A stretch of 64,000 nucleotides of DNA from Candidatus Bathyarchaeota archaeon (GCA_963702095.1 OY969706.1:2560001-2624000); one strand, 5' to 3'; shown: positions 1 to 11,069, numbered from the stretch's first letter. Notes: generated by a model not told the origin, from the letters alone. Translations and numbers: made by a program.

Positions 1-73
1 ATCTGTTCCAACGAATAACTCTGGCTTACAGAAAAGAGCCGATGCAGACCGCGTAGAATTTAGACTATACTTC

Positions 74-415
74 TTACTCTTTCATTTCAGCTAAAACTTC
101 AAACATCAAAAGGCGCACTGCAGGCAAACGCTCCTTAATCGTCTTCCAAACAACATCTAACTGTACGCCGAAGTATCCATGGATTAGTTTGTCTCTCATC
201 CCCGCCATATCTCTCCATGGTACTTTGGGATAAGTTTGCCTGACAGCTAAGGGTATTTGCTTTGTTGCTTCGCCGATAACCTCAAAATTTCGAATGACCG
301 CGTCAATGGTTTTTCTATCCTTAACAAAGTCGTCGTAGGTTAAGTCTTTAGTGTATGCTTCTATGCTGTTTATGGCGTCGATTATATCTTCAAGGTACAC
401 TTGGAAGTCTCTCAA
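74..415 (-). CDS. HepT-like HEPN ribonuclease toxin (DUF86 family)
   Basis: 113 aa; RX4HXY motif (RDKLIHGY); RNFEVIGEA; overlaps the MNT gene stop. Confidence 0.92.
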   Translation of the reverse strand: MRDFQVYLEDIIDAINSIEAYTKDLTYDDFVKDRKTIDAVIRNFEVIGEATKQIPLAVRQTYPKVPWRDMAGMRDKLIHGYFGVQLDVVWKTIKERLPAVRLLMFEVLAEMKE

Positions 416-705
416 ACGTAGACAGCCTCGCTTAGGATTCTCTCTTTGAGGCGAGGTTTAATCCCATCCTTCATGACCAAGTCAACTTTGACCCCTAAAA
501 GGTCGCTTAAGTAATTCTCAAGCTCAACAAACGTGAAAAGGTCAATGGTTTCCCTAAAGGTAACCAAAACATCAACATCGCTTTTGCTTGTTTGTTCATT
601 CCTAACGTAAGAACCGAAAATCCCAATTTCATCAACCTTATAATTTTTCTTCAATTCTTCTTTATTTGAAGCCAAGGCTGCTTTTAATTTCTCTATTGTA
701 GGCAT
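412..705 (-). CDS. Minimal nucleotidyltransferase (MNT) antitoxin
   Basis: 97 aa; GSX10DXD motif ([15 protein letters not shown]); upstream of the HEPN gene. Confidence 0.92.
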   Translation of the reverse strand: MPTIEKLKAALASNKEELKKNYKVDEIGIFGSYVRNEQTSKSDVDVLVTFRETIDLFTFVELENYLSDLLGVKVDLVMKDGIKPRLKERILSEAVYV

Positions 706-778
706 TTTCAGTCGAGATACAGTTAGGCTATTTTCCTATTAAAGATTGACACCGAAATCCGTTTGGCACTAATTCCGA

Positions 779-1976
779 TTAGCTGAGGGCTTCATCGTAG
801 ACTTTCATTGCGTCTTTTACCACAATGCGCCAGTCCAGTTCTTGCTCAACGGTCTGCCGTGCTTTCTTCCCCATCTCCGCTGCCTCCACGGGGTGCTCCA
901 GCAGGTAGAGGATGCGGTCAGAGAACTGCTTCGAATTAAACGGCTGGACCAGCAAGCCGTTTTTGCCGCTCTGGATAGTTTCTGGTATGCCGCCCACAGT
1001 CGTCGTCACCACCGGCAAACCAGTCGCCAACGCCTCTAACACAGCAAAGGGGTGGTGCTCGTAGAAGGTGCTAAAAGCGAAGACATCGGCGGCTTGGTAG
1101 AGCAGGGGCAGTTTCTTGTCAGGATAGTAACCTGTGAAGACGATGTTGCCGATTACGCCGAGGCGGGTGGCGTGGGCGGTGAGTTTAGCCATTTCGTCGC
1201 TTTGTCCCTTGCCAGAGATGATGAATTTGGCGTTGGGGAAACGCTTGACGACGGCGGGCATGCTCTCGATTAGGGTGAAGCAGGCCTTTGCGTGCGTAGA
1301 GTCGTCCGACGGAGACGATGGCGATGTCGTCTGGGTTGAAGCCTAACTCTGCCTTAACTTTACTTTTGTCGGCGGCTGGCTGGAACTTTTTGATGTCTAC
1401 GCCGTTGTGGATGACTTTGATTTTGTGTGCGGGTATTTTGTAGTAGTTGGTGAGTTCCCATTTGGTGAAGTGGCTGACCGCAATGATCTTCCGCGCCCGA
1501 TGAAGCATGCCTTCCTCAAAGAACCGCAGGAACCTGTTGAAGCTGACAAGGAACTTTTCGTTGGCGTTGAGCCGCAGGTAGGGTTCGCTTCGGATGGCTT
1601 CGGCTTCGCCCTTCCATGTGGAGTGCACCGTGCAGACCAACGCTTTGCCAAAGTTGGGCGGAACCGCAAAATTGGGCGTCAAAGGCAACTGCGGATGCAC
1701 TATGTCGATGTCCGCGGTGTCTTTGACGGATTGGAGTTTGCGGCTGCTTGTCTGCGCCAACATAAACGATTTGACAATGGGAATCTTGGGGATTTTCAAG
1801 AACGAAACGTCAAGCTGCGAGTTAACATGCACGTCTTTGGGCTGGTTTGCGCCTGTCACCACGTAGATTCGGTGGCCATTTTTGAGGAGTTCGCTGCTGA
1901 GGTAGTAGACATAGCTGCCTGTACCACCGGTGAGGGGCCAGTATTCGGGGCTGATAAAGCAGATTTTGGGCTGCAT
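779..1976 (-). CDS. GT4 family glycosyltransferase (frameshift near 1280)
   Basis: ORF 1185..1976 has GGTGSY, IHNGVD, VGRLYARKG; ORF 779..1261 has EHHPFAVLEALATGLPVV; removing one base in AAAGGCCTGCTTC restores KGLFTLIESMP. Confidence 0.88.
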
Positions 1977-2965
1977 TAGCGGTTGCTCCCTGTCAGGTAT
2001 GTAAGGGTGGTTGCGACGGCGCCGTCAAACCATGCGCCTGAACGGACAAAGTAGAGCACAATCAGCCGTAGCGCCGACCAATCATGGAATTTAGCTGAAA
2101 CCTTATCGGCTGAATAAGTAAAGTAAACCAACATACCCAGCAAAATCGCGAACGGACCAAACCAAAGAAGCCTAAGCAACGGCACAATCCCCAAGAAAAA
2201 CAGCACCACAGCCGTAAGCAGCAGAATCGGCTGGATGTTCATGCCGACATCGGTGATTTCATCTCCCTTTGCCAGCCGCCCATGTTTGAAGTAGAGTTTA
2301 AGCGTGTTCTTGCCGTACTGCAACTGCTGACGATAATACGCCTTAAGCGTGGGGCGGTTGTAGTGGTAGCAGACCGCGGTGGGTTCATAAGCGATTTTGT
2401 AGCCTCTGGCAGCGATTCGGTAGCCGAAGTCAGTGTCGTATTGGCTCGGCAAATTCTCATCCCAACCTCCAGCCTCGTCGATCACCGATTTTTTAAGCAG
2501 CAAATTCATGGTGGCAATGCGCCCTGTGTATTTGCCTATGCGGCGGTAGCGGTTTTTAATTTCATAGCCGATGCTACGTGCCCATGGATTGTTGTTGTTC
2601 CAGGTTTCGATGCTGCCGCTGACTCCAGCGACCTGCTGCTCGTTTAGGTGGGGCACGACTTTTTTTAGCCAGTCACGTTCAACTTTTGCGTCTGAGTCAA
2701 TGAAGCCTAAAATGGGGTGAGCGGCGATTTTTTGGGCATAGTTGTAGGCTGCGGGGGCGTTGAGGCGGATGGAGATGACTCTTATGGGGAACTGCTGGGC
2801 GATTTTAACCGTGGTATCGCGGCTGACGCCGTCCATAACGATGACTTCAAAGTAGCCCTCGGGGTAATCGAGCGCCAGAATCGATTTGAGGCATTCTTCG
2901 ATGGTGTCTTGGTTGTTGTAGGACGCCACTATAATCGAAACCTTGGGGTAATCAACGTCAGCCAT
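1976..2965 (-). CDS. GT2 family glycosyltransferase with C-terminal TM helices
   Basis: VSIIVASYN, FIDSD (DXD), GGWDE, RQQLQY motifs. Confidence 0.9.
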   Translation of the reverse strand: MADVDYPKVSIIVASYNNQDTIEECLKSILALDYPEGYFEVIVMDGVSRDTTVKIAQQFPIRVISIRLNAPAAYNYAQKIAAHPILGFIDSDAKVERDWLKKVVPHLNEQQVAGVSGSIETWNNNNPWARSIGYEIKNRYRRIGKYTGRIATMNLLLKKSVIDEAGGWDENLPSQYDTDFGYRIAARGYKIAYEPTAVCYHYNRPTLKAYYRQQLQYGKNTLKLYFKHGRLAKGDEITDVGMNIQPILLLTAVVLFFLGIVPLLRLLWFGPFAILLGMLVYFTYSADKVSAKFHDWSALRLIVLYFVRSGAWFDGAVATTLTYLTGSNR

Positions 2966-2966
2966 A

Positions 2967-3671
2967 TCAGACAGTACCCCTTAGAATCGCCGTTAAGATT
3001 GAAAGCAATATTTTGCTGCCATCCACCAAGGGATCCACGCCTGAGCGCCCGTAAGTGCGCTGCTCAAACCTAATCGGCACCTCAGCCACTCGGAAACCAG
3101 CCTTAACGGTTTTGACAAGCATCTCAGATTCTATCTCGTATCCGCCTGACTTTAACGTTTGGCAACTGAGGACTTCACGTTTCATGGCGCGGTAGCCTGA
3201 TTGGCTGTCGGTTACAGCGACTCCTGTGAAGAGTTCGATGATGTAGTTGAAGATGCGGACGCCGAACTTGTTGAGTTTGCGCGCTTCAACCCGTTTATGG
3301 TTCATGTATCGGCTGCCAATGACCATATCCGCCCTATCCGCCAAAACGGGCGCTAAAACCTCGTGGAGTTCTTCGGGCCAATGTGAACCGTCGGAGTCTA
3401 TGGTGACTATTATGTCGCCTCTGGCTTTGGCAAACCCCGCTCGCAACGCATAGCCTTTGCCCAGATGCTTACGAAGAGAATACACTCTCACCCTTCGATG
3501 AAGCGCCACTTCAAGAGACCGGTCAAAAGAAAGGTCGTTTACAACGATTATCTCGTAGGGGCAACCGATTTGTCCTGCTGCGTCTTTGGCGCGGTCAATG
3601 ATGTTGCCTACGGTTAATTCCTCGTTGTAGACGGGAATTATGATGGAAAGCAGCATTTGACGTTTGCCCAT
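2967..3671 (-). CDS. GT2 glycosyltransferase, polyprenol-phosphate mannose synthase-like
   Basis: LSIIIPVYNE, GKGYAL, TIDSDGSH, VIGSRY, DSQSGYR. Confidence 0.9.
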   Translation of the reverse strand: MGKRQMLLSIIIPVYNEELTVGNIIDRAKDAAGQIGCPYEIIVVNDLSFDRSLEVALHRRVRVYSLRKHLGKGYALRAGFAKARGDIIVTIDSDGSHWPEELHEVLAPVLADRADMVIGSRYMNHKRVEARKLNKFGVRIFNYIIELFTGVAVTDSQSGYRAMKREVLSCQTLKSGGYEIESEMLVKTVKAGFRVAEVPIRFEQRTYGRSGVDPLVDGSKILLSILTAILRGTV

Positions 3672-3754
3672 TTTATCTTAACCTCCAATGGAAGACCTTA
3701 TAAAGTTTGGCTACCCCAACCTTGTAAGCAATCAAATGGGACAACTGGGATAAA

Positions 3755-4309
3755 ATGCAGACCGCAACCGCCGCCAAAGCTTATTCTGACCGGAAAGTAT
3801 GGTTTTCCATGTGGTTCCTCGGTGCAGTCGTCACCTTCGGCTTGGCTTTTTTCCCCATGTTCTACCGGCTGGTGGATGGCCGAAACAGGCACCTCTGCCA
3901 CGAAGAAGAGTTTGAGCAGCACATAGGCGCATACCTCAAGAGCCAAGGCAAAACGCCCCCTGCACCGACGGTGCCGTTTAAGCAGCGCAACGCCAAGCTG
4001 TGGGCTGCAAGCATCATCCTAATCATCCCCGCATTCGTCCTACTCTACCATTTATCAAAAGACGTAGCCGCCCATGAACAGCAGCAAGACGCCTACCTCG
4101 CGGCTGCCCTTCCAGAACGCGTCTTCATGCCGCAGACCATACCGTTAACCACTTATGTATTGCTTACAATTGTAACGTTGGGCGTCGGAGGCGTGTACTG
4201 GCTCTATAAACTCGTCAACCTGTATAACGCCCACTACAAGGCTCACCTAGCGGTTGAAAAAGAGTTGAGCCGTCTGATGGAGGAACAACAAAGTGTCCAG
4301 CACATGTAA
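3755..4309 (+). CDS. Membrane protein (DUF4234-like)
   Basis: Two similar hydrophobic modules (AVVTFGLAFFPMFY and TIVTLGVGGVYWLY). Confidence 0.6.
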   Translation: MQTATAAKAYSDRKVWFSMWFLGAVVTFGLAFFPMFYRLVDGRNRHLCHEEEFEQHIGAYLKSQGKTPPAPTVPFKQRNAKLWAASIILIIPAFVLLYHLSKDVAAHEQQQDAYLAAALPERVFMPQTIPLTTYVLLTIVTLGVGGVYWLYKLVNLYNAHYKAHLAVEKELSRLMEEQQSVQHM

Positions 4310-5411
4310 AAAACGCAGGTTCGTCAGCCACGGCGGCGACATCTGGGGATTTAGCAGAAAACACAACATTCCCCTAGAAGAAGTGCTGGAGTTCAGCGGC
4401 CCCATCAACTTTATGGGTCCACCGCCCAAAGCCGTAGAAGCCGTTAAAGAGAATGCCCGTTTAATCAAGTTTTATCCTGACCCAAACCCTGTGGAATTCA
4501 AAGAAAAAATCGCAGAGTACATAGGGCACGGAGTGGAAGCCGAAAACCTGCTGCTGGGCAATGGTTCCATCGAACTCATCTACATGATTACCGAGATACT
4601 GCCAGAGCATTTCAAAGCTGTAATTCCAGTCCCGTCCTTCTCAGAATACGAAAAAGCCACACTGCGAGTCGGCGGAGAAGTCACCTTCGTCCAATTGCCA
4701 GCCGATTTCTCTTTGGAAACTGAGAAAATCAAAGCCGCCGTAGCAGAGGACACCAAAATCATGTGCCTCTGCAACCCCCACAGCCCTTCAGGCACACTGT
4801 ACAGTAAAAAAGCAGTAATGGAGCTGGTGGATTTCTGCCAGAAAAAAGACATAATCTTCAGCATCGACGAGAACTACATAGAGTTCGCACAGGAAGGCGA
4901 CAAAAACACTGTCGTAGGCATTGTTAAGGACTACGAGAACCTCTTTGTCATCCGCAGTGTCACCAAGTTTTATGGTTTGGCGGGGTTGCGTTTCGGCTAC
5001 GCCGTCGCCGCAGGTTCCCTCATCGAAAAGCTTGAGGCGATGCGGCAGCCGTGGAGCATCAACGGCTTAGCTCAAGTCGCCACGCTAGGCGCTTTCGGCG
5101 ATACTGAATTCATAGAGGGCACCAAAGCAACCATCACTAAGAACCGCGCTGAACTGGCGAAGGCCTTGGGCGAGATTGAAGGCTTACACGTTTACCCCTC
5201 AACAACCAACTTCCTGCTTGTTAAAATCCTCAACCGCAAACTAACATCCACCATGCTAAAAGAACTCCTTGCCCAAGAACGCATCCTCATACGCGACTGC
5301 TGCACATTCATGGGCATGGACGACAGCTACATCCGCATAACAGTCCGCTCAGCAAAAGACAACCAGAAGATAGTTGAAACGATAAAGCAAGTGATAGCAA
5401 AGCAGCTTTAG
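4293..5411 (+). CDS. cobD: L-threonine-O-3-phosphate decarboxylase (PLP enzyme, CobD/HisC family)
   Basis: N-terminal HGG, FSGPINFMGPP, CNPHSPSG, RSVTKFYGLAGLRFGY, IRDC; a separate hisC exists in the his operon. Confidence 0.78.
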   Translation: MSSTCKKRRFVSHGGDIWGFSRKHNIPLEEVLEFSGPINFMGPPPKAVEAVKENARLIKFYPDPNPVEFKEKIAEYIGHGVEAENLLLGNGSIELIYMITEILPEHFKAVIPVPSFSEYEKATLRVGGEVTFVQLPADFSLETEKIKAAVAEDTKIMCLCNPHSPSGTLYSKKAVMELVDFCQKKDIIFSIDENYIEFAQEGDKNTVVGIVKDYENLFVIRSVTKFYGLAGLRFGYAVAAGSLIEKLEAMRQPWSINGLAQVATLGAFGDTEFIEGTKATITKNRAELAKALGEIEGLHVYPSTTNFLLVKILNRKLTSTMLKELLAQERILIRDCCTFMGMDDSYIRITVRSAKDNQKIVETIKQVIAKQL

Positions 5412-5530
5412 AAGCAAAAAGTTCTCGCCCAATATCTGTTTCTATATCTGTAGAGGCTATATGGTCAATCGCATGGTCATTTATCAAAATATTTAATATT
5501 AACTATTTAGTTTTCGAATAGCCAGAGAAT

Positions 5531-5941
5531 GTGATGGGGCAAAAATTAAAGTTAACCCTGATTACAGGTCGAACCATAGACCAAGGCGTAGGCAAAGAAA
5601 CAGGAAAAGGCTCCAAAGAATACATAGAAACCGCTGCAATCTGCATGTTAGACCCAACAGACATGGATAAACTCGGCGCAAGAAATGGAAAAAACGTAGA
5701 AGTCACCTCCAAGTTCGGCTCAGTCGTCGTTAAAGCCCAAAGATTTCCACGCGGCGCCCACCCCGGACTGGCATTCATTCCATGTGGTTTATGGGCAAAC
5801 GCAGTCTGCGGCGACGACACCTACAGCATGGGCATGCCCCTATTCAAGGGCTTCACAGTTGAAGTCCAAGCTGCCCCAGACAAACCCATTCTAACCCTAA
5901 ATGAACTCCTAAAAGAAGAATACGGAAAAGAAATGCCATGA
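5531..5941 (+). CDS. fwdD: Formylmethanofuran dehydrogenase subunit D
   Basis: LITGRTIDQG, FIPCGLWAN, GMPLFKG; overlaps fwdB start. Confidence 0.9.
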   Translation: MMGQKLKLTLITGRTIDQGVGKETGKGSKEYIETAAICMLDPTDMDKLGARNGKNVEVTSKFGSVVVKAQRFPRGAHPGLAFIPCGLWANAVCGDDTYSMGMPLFKGFTVEVQAAPDKPILTLNELLKEEYGKEMP

Positions 5942-7506
5942 CAGTTTTTAAGGCAGTGGTTTGCCCAATCTGCGGCTCCCTATGTGACGACCTCGAAGTA
6001 ACCGTGAAAAATAACAAGATTGTAAAAATGAAGAATGGCTGTGCCGTCTGCGAAGCAAAGATGGTGCACGGCTACAACAGTGAGGAACGGATTCTAAAAC
6101 CGATGATTCGAAAAGACGGCAAACTCATCCCTGTAACCTTGGAGGAAGCCATAAAAAAAGCCGCCCAAATCCTAACAGACGCCAAATACCCCCTGCTGTT
6201 CGGTTGGGAATGCTGCACCGGCGAAGTCCAGCACATCGGTGTAGAGTTAGCTGAGGAATTAGGTTCAGCCCTCGATAATGTCTGCAGCATCTGTCATGGA
6301 CCCTCAGTGATGGCACTTCAAGAAGCAGGTCTCCCCACTGCCACTTTAGGCCAAATCCGCCACCGAGCAGACCTCATAATCTACTGGGGAGCTAACCCCT
6401 GGGCTTCACATCCACGTCACGTTGAAAGATACACGATGTTTCCTGAGGGGCGGTTTGAGAAAAGCGAATGGAAAAGTTACATGCAAAAAGTGAAGGCGAA
6501 TGCGGGTAAACGTAAATTTGAGGCGGTCGCCCGCAGAGAAGAAATAGATTATCAGCCGCCTCCTCGCCCGCAAACATGCACGGTGGATGCGCCGCCGCAG
6601 ACAATCCATAAGATGGGACGCAAAATGATAGTTTTTGACCCCATCAAAACCATGACTGCAGAAGCCGCCGATTACTTTGTGCAGGTTGAACCAAACAAAG
6701 ACTATGAAGTAATTGAAGCCCTCAGATGCTTAGTTAACGACCAAGAAATCGACGTTGAAAAAGTCGGCGGTATCCCAGTGGATTACCTAAAAGAAATCGC
6801 GGATGCCATGGTAAACTGTGAGTTCGGCGCTATCTTTTTTGGGCTAGGCATGACGGCGTCTGCGGGCAGGTTTAGAAACGTCGAAATAGCAATCAAACTA
6901 GTCCAGGACCTCAACAAGAAAACAAAGTTTGTAATCACACCCATGAGAGGGCACTTCAACATTGCAGGCGCAAACGTGGCGTTTACCTGGCAAACCGGCT
7001 ACCCATACGCAATCGATTTTTCACAGGGGTATCCGCAGTATAATCCAGGAGAATACACAACCATCGATTTACTAAAACAGGACGATAACGATGCAACCCT
7101 TGTCATAGGAGCAGACCCAGGCGCGCATTTTCCTAAGCCGTCGATGCAGAAAATGATGAAGCACCCTACGATTGTCATTAACCCCGATTGGAACTGCACC
7201 TCAAGAGTCGGCGACGTAGTTTTTCCCACACAGTGGTGCGGCATAGAACGGGAAGGCACCGCTTACCGCATGGATACTGTGCCTATTATGCTGCGTAAAG
7301 TTGTAGAGCCGCCGCCAGGAGTCCCATGCGACGAGGAAATCCTACAGAGAATACTCGATGAAGTCAGGTTGATTAAGGCTAAACAAGACAAAAAGGCAGC
7401 GCCTAAGAAAGCCAAGGAAGTATCACTCAAAGTTGCTAGACCAAAGATGACTGCGCCGCTGATTGTAAAAGAGAGCCGAAAACAAAGAAAAAGGGCTTTA
7501 GCATAG
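5938..7506 (+). CDS. fwdB: Formylmethanofuran dehydrogenase subunit B (Mo/W-pterin)
   Basis: CPICGSLCDD...NGC, CHGPS metal ligand, WGANPWASHPRH, MRGHFN, WQTGYP, GTAYRMD. Confidence 0.92.
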   Translation: MTVFKAVVCPICGSLCDDLEVTVKNNKIVKMKNGCAVCEAKMVHGYNSEERILKPMIRKDGKLIPVTLEEAIKKAAQILTDAKYPLLFGWECCTGEVQHIGVELAEELGSALDNVCSICHGPSVMALQEAGLPTATLGQIRHRADLIIYWGANPWASHPRHVERYTMFPEGRFEKSEWKSYMQKVKANAGKRKFEAVARREEIDYQPPPRPQTCTVDAPPQTIHKMGRKMIVFDPIKTMTAEAADYFVQVEPNKDYEVIEALRCLVNDQEIDVEKVGGIPVDYLKEIADAMVNCEFGAIFFGLGMTASAGRFRNVEIAIKLVQDLNKKTKFVITPMRGHFNIAGANVAFTWQTGYPYAIDFSQGYPQYNPGEYTTIDLLKQDDNDATLVIGADPGAHFPKPSMQKMMKHPTIVINPDWNCTSRVGDVVFPTQWCGIEREGTAYRMDTVPIMLRKVVEPPPGVPCDEEILQRILDEVRLIKAKQDKKAAPKKAKEVSLKVARPKMTAPLIVKESRKQRKRALA

Positions 7507-7522
7507 CCACACCTTCTCTTAT

Positions 7523-8618
7523 TTATTGGGAGAGTTCTTGTGCGGCTTTTTTGAGTTTATTTAGAATTGGCAGTTGGTAGGGGCATTTGGGTTCGCATTC
7601 CCCGCAACCGCTGCATTTGTCAGCTTTGACTTCTAAGCCGCCATAAAGCTTCTTACCCCATTTCTGCAAGCCGTAGACTTCGCCGAATGATTGGAAGTGG
7701 AGCACGGCGGGGATGTTGGTGTTTTGGGGGCAGGGCAGGCACTGGGCGCAGTCGCGGCAGTAGTCGCCCAATTCGAAGCTGAACCGTTTCTGCTCCTGCA
7801 GCGTTAAGCCTCTGTAGTTCTGTCCGGCTTTGGCGGCGGTTTCCACTTCGCCGATGCTCCGCAAGCCGGGGATGACAACGGAGATGTCCTGTGAGAGCAC
7901 ATACCGCAACAGACTGTTCACCTGCACCTCGGGGGATTCGCCTAGCAACGCCTTAAGTTCAGGCTCCTCAGACACCAGCGACAGCGAGGGCTGGTAGAGG
8001 CACGTTATCAAGTTGGAGGTTTTAGCGGACAGCGGCTTCATCGCAACCACCCCCACATCATGCGCCTTGGCAACTGGCAAAAGGTCTTCGAGTGCCTGCC
8101 TGGTAACCACGTTGAGGGGCACCAAGACCGTGTCGAACTCGCCGGTCGCCACCGCCTTCGCAAGAACCTGCTGGCGTATGCCCCGTGATGCCGACGAAAT
8201 CCACCAGCCCTTCACGGCGGGCTTCTTTGCAGGTTTGCAGTGACCCATCGGCGCCCATGGCTTTGGCAAGTGTTTTTTCGTCGTCGATGCCATGCAATTG
8301 GATGATGTCTAATCTGTCGGTTCTGAGGCGTTTGAGGCTGCCCTGAAAATCCTCCAGCGACTCTTTTTTGGTGCGGCTGCCGGTTTTTGTGGCTAAAACG
8401 CATTGGTCGCGGACGCCTTTTAGGGCGGTGCCAATTTTTTCTTCGCTGTCCCCGTCGAGTTTGGCGGTGTCAAAATAGTTAATGCCCAAATCATAGGCGC
8501 ACCGAACCACCTTTACCGCTTCATCGGCGGAGAGTTCGGATATCCATGTGCCGCCAAAGCCCACCTGCGAAACCCACAGGCCAGTTCTTCCAAGCCGCCG
8601 CTTATCCAAACTCTGCAC
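7523..8618 (-). CDS. Aldo/keto reductase with C-terminal Fe-S dicluster domain (frameshift near 8172)
   Basis: GINYFDTA, LATK, DIIQLHG in ORF 8058..8618; AMKPL, IPGLRS, CRDCAQCLPCP and CSGCGECEPKCP in ORF 7523..8293. Confidence 0.85.
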
Positions 8619-9452
8619 CTACTTTTTTGCTACCCAAAAACTCATTTCAGGTCTGCAAAGCAAGCGGTAAATTGGGAAAATCGGGTTTGGTGCAAAGGTG
8701 GCGGTTTGGTAGTAGTCGGTGCGGTCATAAGAGCGGAATCCTGCGGTTTTGAAGATGTGGGCGATGACTTGGTGGTTCATGGGGTGGTCTTTTTTGTGCC
8801 AGTAATCCGACAACGTGTAGTCGATCATGGGGACGTGCAGGCCTGTTAGCATGAAGTAGAGGCTGTTTATCATGGGCACCGAGTGGAAGTAGATACCTTT
8901 GACCATGGTTGCCATGCCACTGGGCTCACTTGTCCAGTAGTAGGGTGAGGCTTCGTGGTCGATGTAGATTACGCCGCCCTTTTTGAGGTAGCCAATCACC
9001 GTTTTGAGTGCGGCGGGGTAGTCGGGGAGGTGATGGAGGACGCTGTAGAAGGTGATTAAGTCAAACTGTCCCTTCTCGAAATTCAACTCTTCAATCGGGG
9101 AATTGATGACTGTTAACTGGTGGGGGATGTATGAGGCGTATTTTTCTTTAAGAATCCGACACATATCCGGCGAAATGTCAGTGGCGGTTACGGTGTAGCC
9201 CATCTGCAAAAGCTTGCCCGTCAAGTTGCCGGTGCCAGCCCCCACGTCAAACGCCTTTTTTTGGTTGTTGTCGATTCGGCTGTCGATGGCTCTGAGTTTG
9301 GCGGTTATGCGTTTCTGCTCTTTTTTACTGTAGACCTCTGGGTGGAGCGCCTCGTAGTATTTAGCTTCAGAACGATGCACGGCTACGTTGGCTTGGTGAA
9401 TTTGGTCGCTAAGAGATGCATCGTTTACCAATTGTTTTCCATCCAGGGGCAA
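8619..9452 (-). CDS. Class I SAM-dependent methyltransferase
   Basis: DVGAGTG motif I, TDIS, FDLIT, SVLHHL, LKKGG. Confidence 0.88.
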   Translation of the reverse strand: MPLDGKQLVNDASLSDQIHQANVAVHRSEAKYYEALHPEVYSKKEQKRITAKLRAIDSRIDNNQKKAFDVGAGTGNLTGKLLQMGYTVTATDISPDMCRILKEKYASYIPHQLTVINSPIEELNFEKGQFDLITFYSVLHHLPDYPAALKTVIGYLKKGGVIYIDHEASPYYWTSEPSGMATMVKGIYFHSVPMINSLYFMLTGLHVPMIDYTLSDYWHKKDHPMNHQVIAHIFKTAGFRSYDRTDYYQTATFAPNPIFPIYRLLCRPEMSFWVAKK

Positions 9453-9501
9453 ATTAAACTGGTTGTATGTTAATTCGCCAGTTAATATATAATTTGAAGA
9501 T

Positions 9502-10863
9502 TTAGCGGAGCATCATTGGAGCTTTCTTTATTGTGGTCCACAATCCATCTCGCTTAATCTTGTGCAAGATACGCTTGGGGGATTTGTTGAAGCTCATGTG
9601 GAACTGGCGCTGTATCTTTAGCAGTGAGTCGTAGTCGAAGTCGGCGGTTTTCACGTATGCGGCGTAGTCTTCGATTTTGCTGTAGAGGTGGTTCTGCATG
9701 ATTTCGTCGTAGAGTGGGCTGCCGGGGACTGCGATGTAGATGTTCCAGCGGCAGAAGTCAGGGTCGAGCTTGCGGGCCAATTTGAAGGAGGCATTCATGT
9801 CCTCCACGGTTTCGCCGGGGATACCTAAGAGGAAGGAGCAGGCTGTCATGACGCCTTCGTCGCGGCACATCTGGAATGCCTTCTCAGTCTGCTCAACTGT
9901 GACGCCCTTATTGATTTTTTCGAGTATGCGGGGTGAACCTGATTCGACGCCGAACCAAATTGTTCTACATCCGGCGGACTTCATTTCTTGGATAAGTTCT
10001 CTTGATAGGAGGTCGGCGCGGGTATCGCAGACCCACTGCAGACCCAGCTTGTTTTCACGCATCAACCGACAAAGCTCCAAGGTTTCTTTCTTTTTGATGG
10101 TAAAGTTGTCGTTGATGAAGTAGACGCCTTTGGTGCCAAAGTTATTCATGAGATACTTGATTTCGTCGACCACTCGCTGGGGGCTAAAGGTGCGGCAGGT
10201 TCTGCCCATTAACCCTGTGGTTTCGCAGAAGGCGCAGCTAAACGGGCAGCCGCGGGCGATGCTCATGTTGTCAACGGGTTTAACGTCTGGGAGATACTCC
10301 ATTTCGCGAACGTATTGGTCCATGGGCAGCAGGTGCCAAGCGGGAAAGGGAATTTCATCCATGTTGCTGATGAATTGGCGCTGGTTTTTGACGATTCCGC
10401 CGTCACTTCTGTAGGCAAGCCCAGCAATCTTGGCTGGTTCACAGGCTTTGTCGCCTTTGATGAGGTACTTGGCGAGTTGCACCATCGCGCGTTCGCCTTC
10501 CCCCATGACTACGTAGTCGACTTCGGGGTTAGTGAGCAAGGTTTCAGGTTCATATGAGGCATGCCAGCCGCCGATCACCACTTTGCAGGATGGCACTGCG
10601 TCTTTTACAGCCCGAGCGGTTTCTATGACACGGCTGTAAGTGACTGAGCTGCAGGTTATACCGAGGATTTGTGGTTGGAGTTTTGCTGCGGTGGATTTGA
10701 TTTCTTCTAGGGGTTTCTCCTGCAGGTAGTTGTCTATCATCTGCACTTCAAAACCGCTTTTCTCCACTGCAGCGGCAACGTATGCTAACCCCATGGGGAT
10801 GAATCTTCTTCCATGTATCCAAGGTCCCTGTGTTGGGGGTGATGGCGTCATTAGCAAAATCAA
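9502..10863 (-). CDS. Cobalamin-binding radical SAM protein (paralog 1)
   Basis: PMGLAYVAA, GGWHAS, GEGE, ARGCPFSCAFC, FGVESG. Confidence 0.92.
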   Translation of the reverse strand: MILLMTPSPPTQGPWIHGRRFIPMGLAYVAAAVEKSGFEVQMIDNYLQEKPLEEIKSTAAKLQPQILGITCSSVTYSRVIETARAVKDAVPSCKVVIGGWHASYEPETLLTNPEVDYVVMGEGERAMVQLAKYLIKGDKACEPAKIAGLAYRSDGGIVKNQRQFISNMDEIPFPAWHLLPMDQYVREMEYLPDVKPVDNMSIARGCPFSCAFCETTGLMGRTCRTFSPQRVVDEIKYLMNNFGTKGVYFINDNFTIKKKETLELCRLMRENKLGLQWVCDTRADLLSRELIQEMKSAGCRTIWFGVESGSPRILEKINKGVTVEQTEKAFQMCRDEGVMTACSFLLGIPGETVEDMNASFKLARKLDPDFCRWNIYIAVPGSPLYDEIMQNHLYSKIEDYAAYVKTADFDYDSLLKIQRQFHMSFNKSPKRILHKIKRDGLWTTIKKAPMMLR

Positions 10864-11069
10864 GTGGTATACATCCTAGGTGTGCGAGTGGAATAGGTAC
10901 ATTGGAAGTTTGTAAAAAAGTTTACTTAAAAAAGCCATTCCCAAACGAAGAAGACGATTAGTGCTGTTTCATCACCTTCAACGTTATCTGGAATTTTTGA
11001 TTGTATCTAGGAAATGTTTTAAGCAGCCCAATGTTGTATTTTGCAACAAAAAGGGCACCAGTGAATCCA

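Noticed and set aside
6280-6310. Selenocysteine in FwdB
   Set aside because: The ligand codon is TGT (CHGPS) and the ORF is uninterrupted
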